Translations under genes and position numbers: made by a program
The notes under the pieces: model-generated
Told to the model about the DNA's origin: nothing
Seen by the model: only the letters and a program-made list of their open reading frames with translations
The model's database searches: none
From: Salisapilia sapeloensis CBS 127946
Taxonomy: Eukaryota; Protista; Oomycota
Direction of reading: 5' to 3'
Length of the DNA stretch: 64,000 bases
Assembly (NCBI GenBank): GCA_023334545.1
Contig: JAADVB010000052.1
Span: 1 to 64,000 of the forward strand
Shown: in pieces, positions 43,179 through 54,466 of the stretch
Layout: each line of letters starts with the position of its first letter
How positions within the stretch are numbered: the stretch's first letter is position 1

Positions 43179-44911
43179 CTAATCCAAATTCCGAGCAGCG
43201 AACTTGGTTTCGTCCATGTACTCGACCGACACAGTCCGGTTGGCGAATCCTCGGCCATGGAGCTCCGCCGCAGCCGCCTGCGCCGCCGTCTTGTCCGCAA
43301 ATCCCACGAACACCTATCGTCTGCATGAGTAAAAGGTATGCTATACTGCCCTATAGAAACGTACCTTGCCGACGCCCCTCGTGTGTCCGTCTTTCGAGCG
43401 AGGCATCTCCAGCGCTTGCACTCGTCCGAATCGTTCGCACTCCGTCTTGATGTCGTCCATAATGTCCGCATACTCCTCGTCGTCGTTCAGCTCATCGTCC
43501 AGGACCATGTCTAGCAGCACAAGCACCTTGCTAGGTGTTCCTTTCGGGATGCCAGTGCCGGAAATGCCTGCCATCGACATCGTCTGCAGTGCTGCCTGGG
43601 ACGGGTCGAGTCCGTTGAGAGCTCCGCCAGGCGCAGGACCGGCCGCCATCGCCGCTGCCGTGTCCTGGGCAGAGGCTCGACGCACCGTCAGCGTCTTGTC
43701 GCCGACGGTCATATTGTCCAGTCCGGCGCACGCGACATCCGTGACGCTTTCGTCAGCGTACTCGCAGAACCCGTATCCCTTTGACGTACCTGTACCTAGA
43801 TCCTTGACGAGGTGGAAGGACTTGAGAGGTCCGAACGCCTGCAGTAGCTCTTTCACGTCACCATCGCCCAAGTGGTACGGGATGCCACCTACAAACACTT
43901 TTCCAGGTCCGTCTCCGACCGTCGTGGATACGACACCTAAAGCCCCCAAGTTTAGCTCTGGGATGGGACCCAGATCCTTGGGGACAGCAGTCGGGTTGTA
44001 ATCGTTCGGCCGACGCACCTTGACGGGCTGTCCTCGGAACGAGATGCCGTCTAAATTCATACAAGCCGTCGTCAATTCAATCGACTTGAGCTCGACAAAT
44101 GCGAAATGACGTTCCTTATTGATGTAGACGCTAACGACAGCCCCGCCTTCCTGTTTCTCCCCGAGCGCCTTGTCAATCACGTCGTTGAAAAAGTCTGAAA
44201 TCTCCTTCTCTGTCACGTCGTCAATACCACCAACGTACATGCGACGCGCGTGGCGAGTCTGCTGCGACTGTGCGGCGGTAATCGCGTCCGAGATCTGGTT
44301 CTTTGGCTGGAAATATTCACTAGGTAGAAAGGAAGGGTTCGGCGGACCGAACGACGCGGGTCCAACCGCACCCTGCAGCGCCTGCATATTCTGTTCTAAA
44401 ATCGCCTGCGCAGCATACGCTGCCGCATTCTCCTCCGTCACACCTGGGGGATACACGTCAAACATATTCTTCTTTCGCTTCCGTACGATCTTCACGGGAG
44501 ACCCTGAACGAGATCGAGACTTGTGACGACGACTACGACGATGGCGGTCGCGATCACGATCACGGTCGCGACTACGATCGCGATGACGGGAGCGGTGGTG
44601 ACGGGAAGATCGAGATTTACTGCGATCTTGGTCTCGATCACGCCGCTTTTCATCCTTTTCAGACGCGGGCTTGCGCTCCTTGTCGTGCGCAGACTCTGTC
44701 TTCACCTACCATGACATGAATGAGATCAAATACGATAACAAAGTGGATCGAGAAAGTGTACGGGCGCGTCTTCGAATTGTCCCGGAGCAGGTCGCGCCGG
44801 CGCCGACGACGATGGTGGCTCTGACTTTGGCACAGACGGTGCAGGTGCAGCGTTCTGCCGCTGCATCCACGCAGGCATCGTGAGCGCCTTTCCTCGGCCT
44901 CTTCCAGCCAT
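43179..44911 (-). CDS. U2AF2: Splicing factor U2AF large subunit (U2AF65), 3 exons
   Basis: RS domain, QTRHARRMYVG, FAFVELKSIELTTACMNLDGI, RRPNDY, KVFVGGIP, SKGYGFCEY, and a UHM (DIMDDIKTECERFG). Confidence 0.95.
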
Positions 44912-45012
44912 TTTTATCTCTTTGTAGTCTTCTGCGATGGTAGAATTAGATATCTAAACAGTAAGTTTTAGTCGACAATTTATGTCGATCATGAAAAGAC
45001 GCAACGAGACGA

Positions 45013-46074
45013 ATGAGCGCGAACCGAGTGATCTCGGAGCATACCCAGCAGCTCTTCCAGGCGAGTGAAGAGGGGAATGTGGAAGAAGTCAAGCGGTTGG
45101 TACTAGAGCCGGATGTGGACATTAATTGGCACAAATCGCAATCGGTAAGATGTTCAGAATGGATAGGCTCATGAGCCAGTTTTACTCTTCCCATAATTAT
45201 CACTTGGATATGGCGTCGGCGTAGTATGGAGCAACGCCAATAATCGCTGCTATTGCAGGCGGGCATTTGGAAGTGGTAAAAGTCCTGCTGGATGCAAATG
45301 TCGACATAGGAGCGCAGAAAACGCCAGTAGGCCCACTCTAATGTTCTCATCCTGTACCACCTTTCGACGTAAGTTTATAGGACTTGAATACGCCATTGCA
45401 TGAAGCCGTATCCCACGGGCATCCTGAGATCTCATCGCTCATCCTTGGTAAAATCCACTCGCAGGAGGACGTTGAAGGTTCTATCAGCGAACGAGTTAAC
45501 TTTCAGAATCAGGTTCGTTCCCATCCATTTTCTGGCGTCATGTCCCTCTCCTATACTTGGCTTCAACTTGCCCTGGTCGTAGTTTGGCAACACCCCGCTC
45601 CACAATGCTGCAAGAGGTGGTAACATCGACTGTGTCAAACAGCTCCTGGATGCCGGTGCATCCGTGTCTGTCCGCAACCTCGTACTTCAAATTGATTACC
45701 ATAGATGATGTGCACCCATCGCTGATTCCATTGAACGAACAGAACGGATCCCTCCCTCTGCACCACTGTTGCTACTGTGAATCTCCTAACGCCGAGGTCG
45801 CAAAGCTACTGATAGGTGCCGGAGCCGACATAGAGGCTCGTGATGAGCGTCAGGCCACACCGCTCATCGTCGCAGCCAAGAAGAACCAAACGAGCGTGCT
45901 AGAACTGCTATGTCGCAAGGGCGCTGACAAGTCTGCTCAGAATCAGGTGCATATCTTCTATCGTCGCTTTGAGCCTACATTCGCATGAACACATCTTTCT
46001 TCTAGTTTGGCGAAAACGCGATGCATTTTGCTCTCCAGCGCGAGAATGCGGATGCGCAGAAACTCTTAACTTGA
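45013..46074 (+). CDS. Ankyrin-repeat protein, about 6 exons
   Basis: Spliced repeats GATPIIAA, LNTPLHEA, GNTPLHNAA, GSLPLHHC, ATPLIVAA, GENAMHFA. Confidence 0.85.
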
Positions 46075-46141
46075 ATGCAGATATAGAAATATATTTCATT
46101 TGAATTCATGACCCAATTTATACAATTTGAATGCAGTTCCG

Positions 46142-46960
46142 TCAGTACGTGGCGACATTTGCGTCGCCAGCGCTGCGGCACATGGGGCAGTTCACGGAAG
46201 AGTGGAACCAAACACATAGACAAGAGTCGTGGAACCGATGCCCGCATGTCAGTTCCACACCTCTCGCAGTTGCCAGCTCTGGGTCCTCTGGATGGTGTAG
46301 TCGATCCAGGCAGATGGCGCAGTCCTCTCCGTCTTCCGACTCGACGTAGGACGCTGTTAGTTTCTGCGGGGTGGCGACGGGCTTGAGTGTTTTCAAAGTC
46401 CCGACCGCACGCTCGTCATCTCGATATTCAATGTGGCAGACCTCATCGACCATGCGCCACACCTCTCGTAGACTGTTGCAAGATGGTAGGAAGGATGAGT
46501 TGAGCGCAATGAGCTTCATCAGGTTGTAGAAAAATGTCTTGGCCAGGTAAATCTTCTCCGATAGCTGGTTTCTCCCGATGGTCGCCCACTTGGGTATGCG
46601 CTCCCAGTGCTTCAACTGCTTTTCCAGTTGGTTGCACATCGTGCAGTCCGTGTGCAGTGAGCCAAAGGGCCAGAAGGACGAATGCCGAGACTTGTTCTGG
46701 CGAATGTGGCTCTTTACCGTGCGAAGCACTCTTGTCTCGAACGCTTTGACGCCAGCAAGCGTGGTGGCGAAGCTCCATTTGGCGCACTGCGCAACGCTCA
46801 TGTTGACGACGATGCCGACGGCAAGACGCCCGGTTGCCGGCGTGGATACGCCGACACTCACGTGGATGTTGCGCAGACTGGAGCCTCTGCGAATGTCTGC
46901 CAGCTCTTGGAAGCGCGAGATGGCGCAATGGTTACTCGCAAGCGGTCGGCAGCCGTCCAT
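46142..46960 (-). CDS. RING-H2 zinc finger protein (putative E3 ligase)
   Basis: C-terminal CAICLD...CGHRFHDSCLCVWFHSSVNCPMCR. Confidence 0.85.
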   Translation of the reverse strand: MDGCRPLASNHCAISRFQELADIRRGSSLRNIHVSVGVSTPATGRLAVGIVVNMSVAQCAKWSFATTLAGVKAFETRVLRTVKSHIRQNKSRHSSFWPFGSLHTDCTMCNQLEKQLKHWERIPKWATIGRNQLSEKIYLAKTFFYNLMKLIALNSSFLPSCNSLREVWRMVDEVCHIEYRDDERAVGTLKTLKPVATPQKLTASYVESEDGEDCAICLDRLHHPEDPELATARGVELTCGHRFHDSCLCVWFHSSVNCPMCRSAGDANVATY

Positions 46961-47470
46961 CGTCAGCAGAGAGAGGTAGGTGCTTGCTTCGTCGGCGGAT
47001 GATTCGGAAGTGACAGTTCCTTCGATGGGTCCATTACGGATGAGTTTATTTGGGACAGGCGATCCTTCCGCATCGGCATCTGTGCAAGCGACGTCTTTTT
47101 ACTGGTCGCAAGTCACTTCAACTGTAGGATGTTTGCGCGCCGTGCTTGGTGCAGAAGGAATTTTCGCATTTGCTTACTCCGTCTAATCTACCTTTCCCCT
47201 TCACCATCAAGACTTCGCTTTACTACCTCCCATATGCGACCTTGTCCTGAGAATAGACGCACTATTAATAGTCACAATGCGAAGAAACGGTCGCAAGGAA
47301 GAGTGGGATGCGTTGACCAGGTGATGCGCCAAGTGAGTGAAACCTCCAACACATAGCACGAACGTCACGTCTTGCACCATAGACAAACAGAAAGATACAA
47401 CGGATCAACTATACCAAAACGACTTTTCAAATGCTCATCACCAACGAGTCTCTTTCACCTTTACTAGGAT

Positions 47471-48522
47471 CTAGTACTGGGCCTTCTTGGCAGCCTCAGC
47501 AGCCCAGGCCTTCTCCCGCAGCTCAAGCTTCTTCTGCGTCTTGAGACCCATGATGCCTCCGCCCCACTTGCGACGGAACGTGGTATCCTCGTTGAACTGC
47601 TTGTGGAAGGCCTCGGTCAAGCTCTCGAACTTGGCCTTGTCCTCCTTGTTCACGTGCGTCAAGGCAACGGCAGCGGCCTTCTTCTGGTGAACGAGCTGGC
47701 CGAGACGGGACTTGCCCTTGACGATCGCGTACGGGATGTCAAACTTACGGCAGAGGGCCGGGAGGAAGATGACAAGCTCAATCGGGTCAACGTCGTGAGC
47801 GATGACAACGAGCTTAGCCTTCTTCTTCTCAATGAGAGACGTCACGTGGTTGAGACCGAACTTGACGACGGCAGGGGGAGCAGAAGCTTCCTCCTTGCCA
47901 GCAGCGACGTTGCGAAGACGCTCCTTCTTGGCAGCCTTGGTCTCAGGCTGGTACTTGAGGAGCATCTTGAAGAGGTCAGCGGCCGTGTTCTTCTCCAACG
48001 TGTTGGAGAACTGGTTGATTGCCGGAGGAACCTTGAGACGCTGGTACAAGACCTTGCGCTGGCGCTGCACGCGCACGTAACGCGGCCAGCGGACGAAGCG
48101 AGACAAGTCGCGCTTGGGCTATACACATCACAAACGTTAATATGTCTGCACGACGTGGGCGGTTACGTCCACAGATGACGAGTAGTTACCGAGGGGAGGC
48201 ATTCAAGTGTGAATGCGTCGCCCCCACAGTCTCCATTTGGTGTCATTGCGGTGGTGGGGAAACCGCTAACCCAATGTGGCACAAAGGCCTGGGTGGAAAA
48301 AGTAAAAGACAGTGCTTGGAAAGTCACTGCAGTACCTGAATGTCATTGCCCATGCGGAAGTTCTTCGGGCGGGCCTGGAAGAGCGGGTCGGCCTTGGCCT
48401 GAGGCTTGGAAGCCGTCTTGGACGAGACCTTGGTCGTCGTCGTCTTCTTTACCTTCTTGCTAGGCTACAATACGCATGAGATCTACTGTCTACCATCACA
48501 AAAGGCAATCGAAAGGTACCAT
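47471..48522 (-). CDS. RPL7A: 60S ribosomal protein L7a (eL8), 3 exons
   Basis: ATG|intron|PSKK...[12 protein letters not shown]|[21 protein letters not shown]...KVPPAINQF...[12 protein letters not shown]...WGGGIMG. Confidence 0.95.
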
Positions 48523-48729
48523 ATTTGCTTTCCTGTTCCTCGTCGGTGGCAAATGAGCGAATGGTTGACTATCGAGAGCTCCGTATCCGCTCCAGTCGTT
48601 TTATCGTCTGCCGGATTGGTTGAAAAAAGGCCAATCAGACGCTTGTACCGTCCGAACCAACGACGTACCAATGGTGATACCAACTTCAAAGACACTTTGG
48701 ACGATATATTCACTTGCCTAGGAGCACTG

Positions 48730-49686
48730 TTAATGGACAAGAACGTCTTGCATCCAAAACTGCCGGATGATCTCTTTCTGATCGGCTGGTGCACTTTGCA
48801 CGTACAGTTTCTGACTGTCGCCGTCCTTCATAAAGTGGGTCAAAGCACTTGAGAACCGGAGCAAGTACGGCTCAATTTTTTCCTGCCACATCTTGTCATC
48901 TCGCGCTACTTTGGTCACTTTTGTCTTGGCACGGTCTTGCTTCAGGTATTCGACCAACTCACCTTCCTTGGCATCGAGGATGTACAAGTAGGTCTGTAGT
49001 TGCGCCACGTCGTACTCTGGCAACGGCGACTTGAACTGCTTCAGTCGGTTTTTCACTTCGATCACTCGACCGTCCGCCCGTCCGTCGATCCTGCCTCCGA
49101 CGAGAACGTTATACGCGCCAATTTTTCCGATTTTCCTCTTGCTAAACACTAAATTACGTTCCCCCACTTCCACCTTGGTCTGCGCTTGGTACGAGTCAAT
49201 GGCCGGCGCTTCTGACCTTGAGCCAAACTGCTTGTTCATCTCTGATGATAGGAACTGCACAACATCCTTCTTGATACTTTCAGGTGTCGACGCCGGAACG
49301 TTTGATTCGATCTTTTTCGTCACGGAAGCCACATCAGACGTTGTTTTGGCAGTCGATGCTTCTTCCAGGAGTGCATCCATAGAAGGCTTCACTCCCAAGT
49401 CCTCCACGACAGCAAACATCTTTTGCTCCGGAGTCAAAACCTCGAGCTCCAGACTCTCATGCACATCCTGCACTTGTTTCGGATACGTCCGTTTCCAAAC
49501 GTCAAAGAAAACGTCCTCAATCTTCCGATACGGATTCATGGCACTGATCACAGGCACTTCACTTGCAAAGAGCATCATATTCCGCCCTGCACGACGCATC
49601 GGAGCCACCATCTCAACGTGCAGACGTTGTTTCCTAGAGTACCTCGGTACTTTACTTGAATCGGTAGTAAATGACGAAGATATCAT
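48730..49686 (-). CDS. PD-(D/E)XK nuclease, YqaJ/lambda-exonuclease-like
   Basis: N-terminal ASEVPVISAMNPY...WKR, motif II GGRIDG, motif III IEVKNR, and QLQTY (QxxxY). Intronless. The start codon could be one of several Met. Confidence 0.75.
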   Translation of the reverse strand: MISSSFTTDSSKVPRYSRKQRLHVEMVAPMRRAGRNMMLFASEVPVISAMNPYRKIEDVFFDVWKRTYPKQVQDVHESLELEVLTPEQKMFAVVEDLGVKPSMDALLEEASTAKTTSDVASVTKKIESNVPASTPESIKKDVVQFLSSEMNKQFGSRSEAPAIDSYQAQTKVEVGERNLVFSKRKIGKIGAYNVLVGGRIDGRADGRVIEVKNRLKQFKSPLPEYDVAQLQTYLYILDAKEGELVEYLKQDRAKTKVTKVARDDKMWQEKIEPYLLRFSSALTHFMKDGDSQKLYVQSAPADQKEIIRQFWMQDVLVH

Positions 49687-49843
49687 TTTACTCTATTTCG
49701 GAACACTTTTCCGAGTCTATTTATATACGCCCATTCACAAAGCCACCAATCATCTCTTTGTAAAATAACATTATATCCAATGACAAACGGCGGCTTAACC
49801 GGAGTGGCCAACAAAAGCGCGGGAAGAGCGGAAGGAAGGAAGT

Positions 49844-52800
49844 ATGGACGAAGCGCCCGTGAAGACGGAGAAGGTCAAGGCCGAGCAGGATGGGGTCAAG
49901 CAGGATGGGGAGGAAAAAGTGAAGAGTGAGAATGGAGCGAGCTCGAGCACTGCGTCTGCAGCAGCCACCAACGGCAACGGTGCAGCTTCCAATCTTCCCA
50001 AATTGGACGGTGTCGCCTTCTTCCGTCGATTAAACAAAGTCTACAAATCCTGGAAGGTACCTACTACGCTTCCTTTTATATAAACGCAATGAAAAGTACT
50101 AGCAGGAATTGTAAATTAGGAAAAGAAGGACCAACCAGCGTGGAATGACGCTGATTCGTTTTGCGTGTTGGCTGGTAAAGCTCAGCAGGACGACTCTGGC
50201 TACCGCAAATCGGCCGTCCTTCAGATCTACTTGCTCGGGTACCTCGAATTTCCCGAGACACTCATGGTCTTCACTCCTACCAAGCTATTCATCCTGACGG
50301 GCGGCAAGAAATGTACCCTTATCGACAGTCTATGCCTTTGATCCTGTACTAAATAGACTGTAGATGCCATGTTGGAAGGTATTATGGAGCACAGTAGCTC
50401 TTCGGAAGTCCAACTAGAACTTCTGAAGCGAAACAAGAGCGACGGGAACGCAGAGAACTACCAGAAGATGATCAACGCGATCAAAGCGGCTGGATCCAAG
50501 GTCGGCATGCTCACAAAGGAAGATCCGCAAGGCGATCTGGTAGCAAACTTTAAGTCTGCGTTGGAAGACGCGTCGTTGGAGCAAGTGGACGTCGCCAAGG
50601 GCATCGAAGCCGCGCTGTCGTGTAAAGAAAGCGACGAGATCGAGAACATCCGATGGGCCGGAGCTTTGTCGTCCAAAATCTTCAAGAACAAGTTCATGGA
50701 GGACATGGAGGTCATTATCGACGAAGAGAAGCAGCGTCCGCACTCCAAGATCTCGAACGACATTGAAGGCGTCTTTGACGACCCAAAGAAGATCAAGGTG
50801 CATGTGGACCCAGTGGACATTGAGCCTTGCTATCCGCCAATCGTCCAGTCTGGCGGTCAGTACGACCTCCGACCGTCAGCCCAGTCGTCATCCGAGAACC
50901 TCAAGTACGACGTCATCATCTGCTCTCTCGGCGCAAGATACAAGGGCTACTGCTCCAACGTCGGTCGGACGTTCTTTATCGACCCTTCGTCTTCCATGGA
51001 GCGAACATACGAGCTGCTTCGAGAGGCACACAGCATGTGCATTCGAGAGCTACGCCCAGGCGCTGTGATCGGCAAGGTCGTGGACAAGGTGCGTAAGTAC
51101 ATCCAGCAGAAGAACGCTTCGTTGTACGCGAAGCTGACGAAGAACTTGGGTTTCGGCATCGGTCTCGAGTTCCGAGAATCAAGCAACCTCTTGTCCGTGA
51201 AGAACCAGACCAAGGTGCAGGAGGGCATGGCGTTTAATGTCGCCTTTGGTTTCCATGAGATCTCTCTGTCCGAGTCCATGCGGAGGAAGAAGAAGATGGA
51301 CACTTACTCTGTCTTTTTAGCCGATACGGTCGCTGTCTTGGCGGATGAGACCAAGTGTTTGACGAGAGTCGACAGCCACTGGAACAAGGTTCGATACGAC
51401 ATTGACGAGAGCGGCGGAGAGGAAGAGGAGAAGCCGAAGAAGAAGAAGGGCTCGGTGCATGGAGAAGTCGATACCTCTCTCTCCGGCACGCGCAACCAGG
51501 TGCTCCAGTCGCGTCTGCGAGACCAGCAGAGGCAAATGCAGGGTATCCAGACGGACCAGGAGAAGCGTCAGAAGCATCAGCAAGAGCTGATGAAGCAGAA
51601 GCGACTGGAAGCTATGCGGCGGCTGGAGCAGCAGACGGACGAGAAGGGGGAAGACCATCGGCGCGAGAAGACGATCAAGGCGTACGAGAGTCCGGCCATG
51701 TACCCGAGTGAGCTCAAGGAGCGACAGGTGATGGTGGACATGCGTGCCGAGTGCGTCTTGCTGCCGGTGAACGGCGTCCCTGTTCCTTTCCACATTTCGA
51801 CCATCAAGAACGTGAGCAAGAGCGAAGAAGACAAGGCGACGTATCTCCGTATCAACTTCCACGTCCCAGGACCTGGTGCTTCCTTCCCGAAAGACGTGCT
51901 CCCGGCCATGGCGACGATGATGACTAAGTTTCCGAACAAGTCGTACATCAAGGAGCTCGGCTTCCGCTCGCTCGACGCACACAACCTGAATAACCAGTTC
52001 CGTCTCATCAAGGAGCTGCAGAAGCGTGTGAAGCAGCGAGAGCAACAGGAGCAGGAAGAGTCAGATCTTGTCGTCCAGGAAGACCTGCAGCTCACGCGCG
52101 ATCGGCGCGTGCCTCGACTCGTGGACCTGTCGGCTCGTCCGCACTTGACTGGCCGGAAGACGCAGGGAACACTGGAAGCCCACACGAACGGTGTGCGCTT
52201 CACTTCGAACAAAAATCAGCGCGTGGACATCCTGTACTCGAACATCAAGCACGCCGTCTTCCAGCCGTGCGACAAGGAGCTCGTGGTGCTGATCCACTTC
52301 CACCTGAAGCACCACATTATGATCGGCAAGAAGAAGCAGAGCGACGTCCAGTTCTACACGGAGGTGGTCGAGAGCTCTCAGGCACTGGACAGTCGCCGCC
52401 GATCCATGTACGACCCAGACGAGCTGGACGAAGAGAACCGAGAGCGAGCGCTGAGGGAGAAGCTGAACACGACGTTCAAGGAGTTTTGCCACAAGATGGA
52501 GGGCGTGTCGGAGAGATACGGCAAGCCCGTGGTCTTCGACATTCCCTACCGCGAGCTGGGCTTCATGGGCACGCCGTTTAAGGAGATGGTGCTGATGCAG
52601 CCGACGGTCCACTGCCTCGTGAGTCTCACGGATATGCCCTTCTTCCTCATCAGTCTCTCGGACGTCGAGCACGTCCACTTTGAGCGAGTCATGTTCTCTA
52701 GTAAGAACTTTGACGTTGTATTTGTGTTTAAGAACTTTGAACTCCAGCCGACGCGTATCTCCGCGATTGCCATGACGGAGCTCGAGAGGATCAAGGAGTG

Positions 52801-53302
52801 GCTCGACGACATCGACATATGCTTCACCACCGGTACCGCTAACTTGAACTGGAAGTCGATCATGACAACAATCAAGAACGACGATCGGTTCTACATGGAC
52901 ACGGATGAGGATGGAGCTCCCAAGGCGCCAGGCTGGGAGTTTCTAAAGATGGAGGCATCGGACGACGAAGATGAGGACGAGGACGAAGACGGAGATAGCA
53001 ATTATGAAGAGAGTCCAGCTGAAGACGATGACGACGATGAGGATGCCGACGACAGTGGATCGGACGAAGACTCGGAGCTGGCGTCGCTTGTGGATGAAGA
53101 CGAATCGGAGGAAGCGAGCGACGAGGAAGAAGACGATGACGCTCCGTCATGGGATGAATTGGAAAAGGAAGCCATGGCAGCCGACAGGATGAAGAACTCT
53201 GGGAACGACGACGCCGACTTTCGAGCATCCAAGCGCAAGCGTAGTGACAAGAGTAGTCATCGGCCTTCTGGTGCCAAGAGCTCCAAGAAGGCCAAGCGCT
53301 AG
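49844..53302 (+). CDS. SPT16: FACT complex subunit SPT16, 3 exons
   Basis: YPPIVQSGGQYDLR, SLGARYKGYCSNVGRT, VPFHISTIKNVSK, GTLEAHTNG, HFERV, GWEFL and an acidic C-terminus. Confidence 0.97.
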
Positions 53303-53434
53303 ATCATCTAACTCGATCGAGACTAGCGTAGGCTGCGAAAACCAAGATGCACTCGTTTTCACTATACTCGTCTTTAATCTTATAAAAACACACGAAAGTC
53401 GATTAGTAGCTGGTAGGAAGAGACGAACGCCAGG

Positions 53435-54466
53435 ATGCAAGTACAGACGCTTGCCTACGCCATCTCCGGAGCCTTCACGCTCCTCTCCATCGTCCTCTCT
53501 GGGTGGCTTATCTGGTCGCACTTGATATACAATCCGTCGCCTAGTATTCGCAAGCATGTGATCCGAATCATCATGATGGTCCCCATCTACGCACTCACAT
53601 CCTACCTCGCACTCGTATTCAACGACCAGGAGCTCCTGTTTGAGACCATTCGAGACTGCTACGAAGCATTTGCACTCTACTCGTTCAATTGCTTCCTCGT
53701 TGAGTCGCTCGGGGGACAGTCCGTCCTGGCGTCCACACTACGATCGAAGCCGCAGGTCGAGCACACCGTTCCCTTTTGTTGTTTCCAGCCATGGACCATG
53801 GGCGGTAAGTTCGTTCGGCTCACGGCCATCGGTATCCTGCAGTACATTCCGACGAAAATCTTCATGTCCATTATCGTCCTCGTCACGTCTCTCGCGGGCG
53901 TCTACGGCGAAGGCGAGTTCATGAACCCGTTCGTATCCTTTGGCTACGTCTCCTTCATCCTGACGATCTCCCAGACATGGGCTCTGTATTGCCTCGTCCT
54001 CTTCTTCTTCGCCACCAAAGAAGAACTGGCACCCGTCCGGCCGCTCCCAAAGTTTCTTGCCATCAAGTGTATCCTCTTCCTAACGTACTGGCAGTCGCTC
54101 ATGATCAGTCTACTAGAAGAGCTCGGTGTCATCTCTGAGAAGTGGCACATTGGCTGCCCCGACTGCTGGGACAGCCAGAAGATTGCTTCGGCCATGAACG
54201 ACTTTGTCATCTGCGTCGAAATGCTGGCGTTCGCGATTGCACATCACTACGCCTTTGCTATCGAAGACTTCTTACGGCCAGTGAACTCGATGATCAATAC
54301 GCCCAACGACAACGTCAAGGCGCCATTGCTCGCCAACTTTATGGACGCGATCAACGTCGCAGACGTATCCAAGGACCTGAAGAACTCTCGGAACGAGATC
54401 TTGACCAAGAAGCAGGCACTCGCAGCCAAGTACGACCAGCTAGAGTCTCCCACGAGCATGTACTAG
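53435..54466 (+). CDS. TMEM184 / organic solute transporter Ost-alpha family membrane protein
   Basis: RIIMMVPIYA, IRDCYEAFALYSF, GILQY, KFLAIKCILFLTYWQ, ICVEML...HHYAF. Confidence 0.92.
   Translation: MQVQTLAYAISGAFTLLSIVLSGWLIWSHLIYNPSPSIRKHVIRIIMMVPIYALTSYLALVFNDQELLFETIRDCYEAFALYSFNCFLVESLGGQSVLASTLRSKPQVEHTVPFCCFQPWTMGGKFVRLTAIGILQYIPTKIFMSIIVLVTSLAGVYGEGEFMNPFVSFGYVSFILTISQTWALYCLVLFFFATKEELAPVRPLPKFLAIKCILFLTYWQSLMISLLEELGVISEKWHIGCPDCWDSQKIASAMNDFVICVEMLAFAIAHHYAFAIEDFLRPVNSMINTPNDNVKAPLLANFMDAINVADVSKDLKNSRNEILTKKQALAAKYDQLESPTSMY

Noticed and set aside
53930-53945. GTATCCTTT, a U12-type 5' splice-site look-alike
   Set aside because: It lies inside the continuous, conserved TMEM184 reading frame, and no intron is required.
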